Shown here in pieces: positions 1-5,763 of a DNA stretch of 11,067 nt (position 1 is the first letter of the stretch; each line of letters opens with the position of its first letter). This stretch comes from Patescibacteria group bacterium. GTDB lineage: Bacteria; Patescibacteriota; Minisyncoccia; UBA6257; HR35. The notes beneath the pieces were generated by a model. It searched no databases and was not told where the DNA came from. It saw nothing but the letters and a program-made list of their open reading frames with translations. The stretch is taken from assembly GCA_023480925.1 (NCBI GenBank), contig JAMCWY010000017.1, positions 1 to 11,067 of the forward strand, read 5' to 3'. The translations under genes were made by a program, and so were the position numbers.

Positions 1-42
1 GCGGCGGAAAGTAGTATAGCACCCAAACTGTACACAAAGTAA
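1..42 (+). CDS. possible 3' end of a CDS that begins upstream of the window (product unknown)
   Basis: Frame 1 is open from the window edge (AAESSIAPKLYTK) to TAA at 40-42 and is followed immediately by a strong intrinsic terminator. The other two + frames hit stops by nt 19. Only 13 codons are visible, so support is weak. Confidence 0.25.
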   Translation, partial: AAESSIAPKLYTK

Positions 43-73
43 AGGGATGACTGTCAAATGTCATCCCTTTTTT
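41..73 (+). terminator. Rho-independent terminator, possibly bidirectional
   Basis: Perfect inverted repeat aaagggatgac (41-51) / gtcatcccttt (60-70) with an 8-nt loop, followed by a T6 run (68-73) on the + strand. On the - strand the same stem is preceded by A6 and followed only by TTTACTTT, so it is weaker in that direction. Confidence 0.7.
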
Positions 74-74
74 A

Positions 75-361
75 CACTTCCCGTTTTTCAGTAGCAACAT
101 CGTCGACTAATTTCAACCGCCTCTCAGTCATCTCCACATAATCCGACCTTAACTCAATGCCGATATCGCGAGGCAATGGCAGACTTCCGGCAATCGACAC
201 GCCGATCTCAAGCTTCCTCCGAGAAGTTTATCATGAGTTCTAATCAACTCTGACACCATACCAGTGTCTGTCGAGAGATGGATACTGGTTTTCTTTTTCT
301 TTAACCTCTTAACACTTCGCCCCTGCAAAAATCCGCCACGCTCTCCTGCTGCGCCCTCCAT
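75..361 (-). ncRNA. candidate structured non-coding RNA, family unassigned
   Basis: There is no credible ORF. The only one (149-361, -) encodes a G/A/R-rich peptide unlike every other protein here. By hand count, G+C is about 49% over 121-360 (57% over 301-360) against about 24% in the adjacent spacer 361-480. The segment is C-rich on + (G-rich on -), which favours a - strand transcript. Local hairpins include gacac/gtgtc at 252-268, with an alternative accagt/actggt pairing at 260-289. The segment is bounded by an AT-rich promoter-like spacer and the hairpin at 41-73. No RNase P, tmRNA or SRP signature was seen by eye. Confidence 0.3.
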
Positions 362-547
362 TTTTTGTTTGCGAATATGAAATTTATTTTTTACGAAAGC
401 TCTATGATGTCGATATTGTAAAAGATCAAAAAAATACGATAAGGTGTTAATATAAAATTTCGAGAACCAAAATCACATATACATTGCAGGCTATCGCTTT
501 GTAAGAAACTATCTCACTGGGGTAACGAAAATGTGTAAAGGGCGTAT

Positions 548-570
548 TGTCACGCGCGAAACGCGTGGCA
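548..570. other. stable 9-bp hairpin inside a GC-rich segment just 3' of tRNA-Leu
   Basis: ttgtcacgcg (548-556) pairs with cgcgtggca (562-570); the core is cacgcg/cgcgtg with a 5-nt loop. It is embedded in about 63% G+C sequence (541-600, hand count). No T-run follows on either strand, so it is not a classical terminator. Confidence 0.5.
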
Positions 571-604
571 CCTCCTGGCTTCCAAGGGCCGCTAAGTTCC
601 ATTT

Positions 605-691
605 TGGTGCCGGAGAGAGGATTTGAACCTCCACGAGCTTGCGCTCACCAGGTCCTAAACCTGGCGCGTCTGCCAATTCCGCCACCCCGGC
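605..691 (-). tRNA. tRNA-Leu (anticodon UAG), class II, CCA encoded
   Basis: The reverse complement reads GCCGGGG TG GCG GAATTGGCAGA CGC G CCAGG TTTAGGA CCTGG TGAGCGCAAGCTCGT GGAGG TTCAAAT CCTCT CTCCGGC A CCA. It has a 7-bp acceptor stem (one G-T), a 3-bp D stem, anticodon loop TTTAGGA (anticodon TAG) and a T arm with a TTCAAAT loop. The 15-nt variable arm has a GAGC/GCTC stem. Total length is 87 nt. Confidence 0.95.
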
Positions 692-759
692 GTCTAAATA
701 AATTTTATCAAACTTGATCATATAATTATATTCGATAAAGAACGAAATTTTGTTAGTCG

Positions 760-787
760 TTTATAAATTTACCAATGGTTTAGTCAA
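760..787 (-). promoter_or_regulatory. sigma70-like promoter upstream of tRNA-Leu
   Basis: On the - strand: TTGACT (787-782), a 16-nt spacer, then TATAAA (765-760). This predicts a start about 60 nt upstream of the mature tRNA 5' end. Confidence 0.45.
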
Positions 788-826
788 CTAACAAAAAAGA
801 ATTTATCAAAAAATTAAAAACAAAAA

Positions 827-899
827 GCCCGCTTAGCTCAGTTGGCAGAGTATCTGGCTTACATCCAGAAGGTCGTTGGTTCGAGTCCAACAGCGGGCA
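827..899 (+). tRNA. tRNA-Val (anticodon UAC), CCA not encoded
   Basis: GCCCGCT TA GCTC AGTTGGCA GAGT A TCTGG CTTACAT CCAGA AGGTC GTTGG TTCGAGT CCAAC AGCGGGC A. The acceptor stem is perfect (7 bp), the anticodon loop is CTTACAT (anticodon TAC) and the T loop is the canonical TTCGAGT. Total length is 73 nt. Confidence 0.95.
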
Positions 900-1130
900 C
901 GAAATAGAATTCGCCAAAGTTTTAGAAGTGAACAAAAAAATATTCACCAGACCCGATCGGAATTTTTTTCTTGCGTTTTATTTTTCCGCCAATAAATTCT
1001 TGCGAAGCATAACACCGCTTTGCGGCGGCCGGCGGCTGATTCGTCAAGACCAAAGATTTTTGTTAAAATAGGTTCAAACGTGATTATATAAATACACTCC
1101 CCGGTTCGTTCCGACCGCAAAACAATCAGT

Positions 1131-2432
1131 ATGAAATTTTATAGCGTGCGACAAAAAAATTCGCTGGTCAAACTTCAAGAAGCCGTCATGAACGGCATTG
1201 CCCCGGACGGCGGGTTGTACATGCCTTCTCAAATACCTCGTTTGCCGGACAACTTTTTTAAAAAGGCGGGATCAATGTCATTCCAGGATATCGCTTTTGA
1301 AATAAGCAAAAATTTTTTTGTGCCCGACCTGCCCCAAAATGTTTTGAAAAAAATTGTTGAGGAATCGTTTAATTTTGATCTTCCCTTGATTGAATTGGAT
1401 AAACAATTATACGTATTTGAATTATTCCATGGCCCGACTTGCGCCTTTAAGGACTTCGCCGCTCGATTTATGGCGCGGTTGCTTAGCTTCTTCGCGGAAA
1501 AATCGCGGCAAGAAATCACTATACTTGTCGCCACGTCGGGCGACACTGGCAGCGCCGTCGCGAGCGGATTTTTAAACGTAGACAACATCAAAGTAATTAT
1601 CTTGTATCCAAGCGGGAAAGTAAGTCCGCTCCAAGAAAAACAACTAACGGGGATGAGCGGCAATGTTATTGCCATAGAAGTTCAAGGCAGTTTTGACGAT
1701 TGTCAGAAATTGGCAAAACAAACTTTTCTCGACGAAGAATTAAGAAAAAAGATGACATTGACATCGGCAAATTCGATTAACATCGCGCGCCTATTGCCTC
1801 AATCTTTTTACTACGTCTATCTTTGCGCGCGGCTTAAACTGAAAAATATTCCGCTCGTCGTTTCCGTGCCAAGCGGAAATTTTGGCAATTTAACGGCCGG
1901 CGTTATCGCGAAAAGAATGGGTGCGCCCATATCCAAATTTATCGCTTCAACCAACACTAATAGCGTCGTCCCCGAGTATTTAGAAACAGGAAATTTTAAA
2001 CCGAGAACTTCAATCTCAACCATCTCAAACGCCATGGATGTTGGCAATCCAAGCAATTTTTCAAGAATGCTCGAATTATATGATGACGATGTTGAAAAAA
2101 TGCGAGCTGACATATGCGGCGCGATTTTTTCCGATAGCCAAACAAGAGACGCGATCGCGAACGTTTTCAACCGATACCAGTACATTATGGATCCCCATGG
2201 CGCGGTTGCTTATCTTGGGCTGATTGAATTTATAAAAACATTCCAAGAATACACAGGCGTATTTTTGGAAACAGCTCATCCCGCTAAGTTTTTCGAAGAA
2301 GTTGAAAAAGTTATAAAAACGCCAGTGCCCATGCCGGACAGGTTAAAAAATTATCTTGAACGAGAAAAACAGGCTGTCTTTTTAAACAATGACTTCGACG
2401 AACTTAAAAATTTTCTTTTAAGGCAATTTTAA
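1131..2432 (+). CDS. thrC: threonine synthase (PLP-dependent, E. coli ThrC type)
   Basis: 433-aa ORF. The N-terminus has GIAPDGGLYMP. The PLP-lysine motif is HGPTCAFKDFAARFM, with the Lys codon at 1449-1451 (residue 107, as I recall for E. coli ThrC). ATSGDTGSAV and SANSINIARLLPQ are also present. Length and motif order match ThrC. Confidence 0.92.
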   Translation: MKFYSVRQKNSLVKLQEAVMNGIAPDGGLYMPSQIPRLPDNFFKKAGSMSFQDIAFEISKNFFVPDLPQNVLKKIVEESFNFDLPLIELDKQLYVFELFHGPTCAFKDFAARFMARLLSFFAEKSRQEITILVATSGDTGSAVASGFLNVDNIKVIILYPSGKVSPLQEKQLTGMSGNVIAIEVQGSFDDCQKLAKQTFLDEELRKKMTLTSANSINIARLLPQSFYYVYLCARLKLKNIPLVVSVPSGNFGNLTAGVIAKRMGAPISKFIASTNTNSVVPEYLETGNFKPRTSISTISNAMDVGNPSNFSRMLELYDDDVEKMRADICGAIFSDSQTRDAIANVFNRYQYIMDPHGAVAYLGLIEFIKTFQEYTGVFLETAHPAKFFEEVEKVIKTPVPMPDRLKNYLEREKQAVFLNNDFDELKNFLLRQF

Positions 2433-2584
2433 TATTCCAACCCGCACAAAAAATATTGCCACAAAAATAAAATCGAGTTTAGGCCAAGGCCCGGCAAAAA
2501 TTTTAAGACTTTTCCAAAGTTAAATTCGCGAACAAAAAATTTTTTAAGTTCAACTCAAATTAACAACTTCTCAATCATTAATTA

Positions 2585-3907
2585 TTACAAACCATAATTC
2601 GCCTTATCGGCGTTATAAAGACTTCCAATTTCGGAACTGGACAAGGCCCGATCGTAAATCTTAATATTACTGAGCATACCCTTGAGTGTGCCGGCCGGAT
2701 TGGAAAGTTCATGACCGCTCCCGCCAGCAATATTAATTTGGTTAAAACCAGTTGTCATCTGCGTTGCCGTTGCATAAGTACTCGCCAAAAGACCGTTTAA
2801 ATATATATTCATCACGCTGCCGTCATAAGTAGCGGCGACAAAAACCCATTGGTTAGACGGTATAGAAGCGTTTAGACAAACATCGGGGCCTCTCCTAATA
2901 TACCAATCCCCGCACCAGTTGCTTCCATCCGTAAAAGTAGGGGTGAATCCACCGCTTCCTTGATAACCCATAATAAATCCTTCATTTCCATAACTTATAT
3001 TGCCAGTCTCATCCAACCAAAAAGCGTAGGTGATTTTATTACCCACTGTCGTCGAAGCGAAAATACTGTTGGGAGCGCTAAGGATGTAACCCCAAGTGTT
3101 GAAATTCAAAACATACTGGCCTGAATTAAGCTGAGTCCACTGAGGATAACAACTCGCTCCGCAAGTGGACGAACCATTATACATCTGGCCATTATCACCA
3201 TAGATCGTATAATCGTTTACGACCGTCCCCACGCCTTCATCCAGCGGCCACCAGGCGACAAGAGTCGAATCGTTGGAAACTTTAATTTGCGAACGATTCA
3301 AAACCGCGACTGGTATTAACTTTAGATTACTTCCGACTTCGTAAGAAAGATTTGAGAGACCACCGTCAGTACCGGCGATACTCGTGTTACCTTGATTGCT
3401 GGAAGATTCCATATAAGCGGATACCTCCCATTGCGGATCGGTCACATAGCTGTAATAGTAGGGCGGCTGATTGGTTGGATCAATAGGAAAGGCGCTTAAT
3501 GCGATCATCATATCATTGGCAAAATTAACGGGAATCCAACCGGTACCGTCAGTCTTACCTAATGTTGAGGTCGCGACGCAGTTGTAAGACCAGCCCAAAG
3601 GCAAGATAGGCAGTTGACTTGTCCAGCTTGAGCAAGTCGCCGACGAATCGGGCAAAGAAATATAAACAGTGTTAGCATTGCCCATTGAGGCGGCGGGATA
3701 ATCGGCGGCGAAAACATTAAGAGCTTCGTTGATATTTTTTAAATCTTGAACTCTGCGCACGTCTCTGGACTTGGCGAAAATCAGAGCCGGTTTCATGTAA
3801 AGTATGATGATAACGGCCAAGATCGCGAAGATCGCGAAGACAATAAGAATCTCGATCAAGGTGAAACTTTTATTTCTAAACTTAAGAGAGTTTTTTCGGC
3901 GATTCAA
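2585..3907 (-). CDS. type IV pilin-like (prepilin-type N-terminal methylation domain) protein with a C-terminal LamG/concanavalin-A-like lectin domain
   Basis: The N-terminus MNRRKNSLKFRNKS|FTLIEILIVFAIFAILAVIII is a basic leader, then the FTLIE motif with Glu5, then a hydrophobic helix (class III signal peptide). The C-terminal roughly 215 aa starts with LVAWWPLDEGVGTVVNDYT and ends with LSNIKIYDRALSSSEIGSLYN, the typical ends of LamG (Laminin_G_3) jelly-roll domains. The start is TTG at 3907-3905, and there is no in-frame ATG or GTG upstream before the stop at 3949-3947. Confidence 0.85.
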   Translation of the reverse strand: MNRRKNSLKFRNKSFTLIEILIVFAIFAILAVIIILYMKPALIFAKSRDVRRVQDLKNINEALNVFAADYPAASMGNANTVYISLPDSSATCSSWTSQLPILPLGWSYNCVATSTLGKTDGTGWIPVNFANDMMIALSAFPIDPTNQPPYYYSYVTDPQWEVSAYMESSSNQGNTSIAGTDGGLSNLSYEVGSNLKLIPVAVLNRSQIKVSNDSTLVAWWPLDEGVGTVVNDYTIYGDNGQMYNGSSTCGASCYPQWTQLNSGQYVLNFNTWGYILSAPNSIFASTTVGNKITYAFWLDETGNISYGNEGFIMGYQGSGGFTPTFTDGSNWCGDWYIRRGPDVCLNASIPSNQWVFVAATYDGSVMNIYLNGLLASTYATATQMTTGFNQINIAGGSGHELSNPAGTLKGMLSNIKIYDRALSSSEIGSLYNADKANYGL

Positions 3908-3911
3908 ACTA

Positions 3912-3934
3912 CTCTCTCTCTCTCTCTCTCTCTC
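3912..3934. repeat. perfect dinucleotide microsatellite, (CT)11.5 on + and (GA)11.5 on -
   Basis: 23 uninterrupted nt, ctctctctctctctctctctctc, read directly from the sequence. It lies 4 nt upstream of the TTG start of the pilin-like gene, within its 5' UTR. Confidence 0.98.
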
Positions 3935-3971
3935 GAATTGACATATTTAATACCCATCTTAATTTGAGTTG

Positions 3972-4000
3972 TTGAAGTTTGTGAATTGTTTGATTATAAG
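3972..4000 (+). promoter_or_regulatory. candidate divergent sigma70 promoter for the + strand gene string starting at 4087
   Basis: TTGAAG (3972-3977), 17 nt, then TATAAG (3995-4000). Its -10 overlaps the -10 of the opposing pilin promoter within the shared ATTATAAG segment. Confidence 0.35.
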
Positions 4001-4021
4001 TTGGTTTTAATTTAAAGTCAA
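3993..4021 (-). promoter_or_regulatory. consensus sigma70 promoter driving the pilin-like gene
   Basis: On the - strand: TTGACT (4021-4016), exactly 17 nt of spacer, then TATAAT (3998-3993). This predicts a transcription start near 3986 and an approximately 80-nt 5' UTR containing the GA repeat. Confidence 0.65.
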
Positions 4022-4086
4022 GTCGGACCAAAGACAAAAAAAGACCGCCCCTGAAAATTTTCGCGCCAATCGGTTAAACTTAAAAT

Positions 4087-5379
4087 ATGAGATTTTTCGC
4101 CGACCTTCATTTCCACTCAAAATATTCGCGCGCCTGTTCAAAAGACTTGGACTTGGAACATTTGGTTTACTGGTCGAAACTGAAAGGTTTGAACTTAATC
4201 GCGACGGCTGATTTCACCCATCCCTTTTGGTTTCACGAACTCAGGACCAAGCTCGAAGAAGACGGCTCGGGTTTTTTACGGCTGAAAAAAGAATATCAAA
4301 TTGACAGTCAGATTGAAAAAGAAATATTTTTTGTCCCTTCGGTTGAAATCAGCTCAATTTTCAGCCGGGCCGGTCAAGTCAAACGGATGCACTACCTTGT
4401 TATCTTACCCGACCTTGATTCGGTTGAAAAGTTTAATCAGAAACTTTCATTTCGCGGCAATCTTCGTTCCGACGGCCGACCGATTCTTGGTCTCGAACCG
4501 AAAGCTGTTTTAGAATTAGGCCTGAGCGTCAACCCAAAAATGATTTTTATCCCCGCCCATATCTGGACGCCCTGGTTTTCGCTCTTCGGTTCGATGTCGG
4601 GCTTTAACTCGATCAACGAAGCCTTTGGCGACCTGACTCAGTTTATCCCGGCGATTGAAACTGGCCTTTCCTCCGATCCGGAAATGAACTGGCGGCTGAG
4701 CCAACTCGATCCCTTCCAAATCGTTTCATCTTCCGATGCTCATTCGCCTCAACCTCATCGAATCGGCCGCGAAGCGACTGTTTTCGAGCTAGAAAAACCA
4801 AATTACGCTTCGCTTTTCCAGGCCTTAAAAAATCCCAACGAAAAAAATCGGATCGAGCTGACAATCGAATTTTATCCCGAGGAAGGCAAATACCACTATG
4901 ACGGTCACCGTTCCTGTCAAATCAGCTTCTCGCCCGAAGAGTCGAAACGAAACAATTTTCTCTGCCCAATTTGCGCCAAAAAATTAACCATCGGCGTTTT
5001 ATCGCGCGTGGAAGAACTAGCCGATCGACCAAGCGGCTACATTGGACTAAATCGGCCGCCAGCCAAACATCTTATTCCTTTAAGCGAGATTATCGCCGAA
5101 GCGCTTAAGAGCGGTCCGACGACAAAAAAAGTTCTTGATCTTTACTTGACAATCGTCAATCACTTCGAGAACGAATTTAACTTATTCTTGGGCGACGCCG
5201 ACATCAATGAAATTAAAAATAAAATTCCCGAACCGGTCTGGTTGGGTTTGAACAAGTTCAAAAAAGGCGAGTTGAAAATCAAACCTGGCTACGACGGCGT
5301 TTACGGCGAGATAAAAATTCTCGATCTCGACGAAGCCGAATCAAAAAAAACCGCCGAGTGGCCCAAATCGTTATTTTAA
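4087..5379 (+). CDS. PHP-domain nuclease of the endonuclease Q (EndoQ, COG1379) family
   Basis: 430 aa. The PHP metal-binding motifs are ADLHFHSKYSRA, IPAHIWTPWFS and SSSDAHSPQPHRIGRE. The Zn-ribbon insert is GKYHYDGHRSC...CPICAKKLTIGVLSRVEELADR. The C-terminus has KPGYDGVYGEIKI. Motif order and spacing match my recollection of Pyrococcus/Bacillus EndoQ. Confidence 0.78.
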   Translation: MRFFADLHFHSKYSRACSKDLDLEHLVYWSKLKGLNLIATADFTHPFWFHELRTKLEEDGSGFLRLKKEYQIDSQIEKEIFFVPSVEISSIFSRAGQVKRMHYLVILPDLDSVEKFNQKLSFRGNLRSDGRPILGLEPKAVLELGLSVNPKMIFIPAHIWTPWFSLFGSMSGFNSINEAFGDLTQFIPAIETGLSSDPEMNWRLSQLDPFQIVSSSDAHSPQPHRIGREATVFELEKPNYASLFQALKNPNEKNRIELTIEFYPEEGKYHYDGHRSCQISFSPEESKRNNFLCPICAKKLTIGVLSRVEELADRPSGYIGLNRPPAKHLIPLSEIIAEALKSGPTTKKVLDLYLTIVNHFENEFNLFLGDADINEIKNKIPEPVWLGLNKFKKGELKIKPGYDGVYGEIKILDLDEAESKKTAEWPKSLF

Positions 5380-5415
5380 ACAAAGCGTTATAATTATTGA
5401 TTATTAAAACAAAAA

Positions 5416-5763
5416 ATGATTTTTCAGGTTCTTGGTCAAAGTCTTTTGAATGACATCGTTGATTTTCTTCAATTTTACTTCATCACTAATCTTAAAAAAA
5501 TCAGCCGGAGCTTTTTCGACCAACTTGATCGAGCCGAACGGCAGTTTGGCTTTAAGGCCAATTTAAAAAATTTTTGGCGGCCGCTTTTTAGCGACTACTC
5601 CTTGCCCGGTTATGTTTTCGCCGTTCCTTTTCGTTTGATTTTAATCGGCTTGGGCTTGGTCGTGATTTTGTTTTGGCTGATTCTTTACAGCCTTATTTTG
5701 CTTGTTTATCTTTTTCTGCCAGTCGTCATTAGTATTTATCTTTACTATGGCCGACTTAGTTAA
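5416..5763 (+). CDS. small membrane protein, function unknown
   Basis: 115-codon ORF with an ATG start, long for AT-rich DNA. It has a soluble N-terminal half and two strongly hydrophobic C-terminal segments (FRLILIGLGLVVILFWLILY and LILLVYLFLPVVISIYLYY). Its end overlaps the next gene's ATG (5747) by 17 nt. I recognise no family. Confidence 0.5.
   Translation: MIFQVLGQSLLNDIVDFLQFYFITNLKKISRSFFDQLDRAERQFGFKANLKNFWRPLFSDYSLPGYVFAVPFRLILIGLGLVVILFWLILYSLILLVYLFLPVVISIYLYYGRLS

Noticed and set aside
149-361. 70-aa ORF on the - strand (MEGAAGERGGFLQGRS...)
   Set aside because: Its G/A/R-rich composition is unlike all other proteins in the window, and I recognise no motifs. It coincides with a GC-rich, strand-skewed segment that is better explained as structured RNA or a non-coding relic.
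75-361. Identity as RNase P RNA, tmRNA or SRP RNA
   Set aside because: I searched by eye for GAGGAAAGUCC / ACAGAA..CGGCUUA (RNase P), a GGGG..GAUUCGAC 5' end with a T-arm plus CCA 3' end (tmRNA), and a GGAA tetraloop followed by GGAAGCAGC (SRP). I found only weak, wrongly ordered partial resemblances (ggaagtctgcc, aaggtcggattat, gcttgag). No family assignment is justified without a covariance-model search.
509-721. 70-aa ORF on the - strand
   Set aside because: It reads straight through the tRNA-Leu gene (605-691) on the same strand, so it is an artefact of the G+C-rich tRNA and trailer sequence.
750-794. 8-bp inverted repeat ttgttagt (750-757) / actaacaa (787-794) bracketing the tRNA-Leu promoter, a possible operator
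   Set aside because: The arms are only 8 bp long, lie in very AT-rich DNA, are 29 nt apart, and no regulator gene is nearby. This is compatible with chance.
1229-2279. Antisense and alternative-frame ORFs inside thrC (1229-1675 -, 1390-1575 +, 1817-2185 -, 2038-2223 +, 2076-2279 -)
   Set aside because: They are shadow ORFs within a gene whose own frame carries unmistakable ThrC motifs, and none contains an independent motif.
2433-2584. Possible terminator between the convergent thrC and pilin genes (ggccaaggcc around 2484-2493, and the A6T6 palindrome near 2535)
   Set aside because: The GC stem is only 4 bp with a 2-nt loop, which is sterically implausible. The AT palindrome has no stable stem. 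Neither meets intrinsic-terminator criteria.
3746-3967. 73-aa + strand ORF ending in ...LSLSLSLSLEL
   Set aside because: It lies antisense to the pilin N-terminus, and its Leu-Ser repeat is simply the CT microsatellite translated. It is not a real gene.
4301-4864. ORFs 4301-4513 (+), 4516-4719 (-) and 4643-4864 (-) inside the EndoQ-like gene
   Set aside because: They are alternative-frame or antisense shadows of a motif-rich CDS, with Arg/Gly-rich nonsense composition.
5702-5746. TTG 5702 as the start of the Clp-like ATPase (adds MFIFFCQSSLVFIFT)
   Set aside because: An ATG at 5747 gives a conventional start with a short overlap to the upstream ORF. The TTG extension cannot be excluded but has no support. 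I also considered that 5416-5763 and the ATPase are one gene split by a frameshift (T5 run at 5711-5715), but nothing in the sequence shows this.
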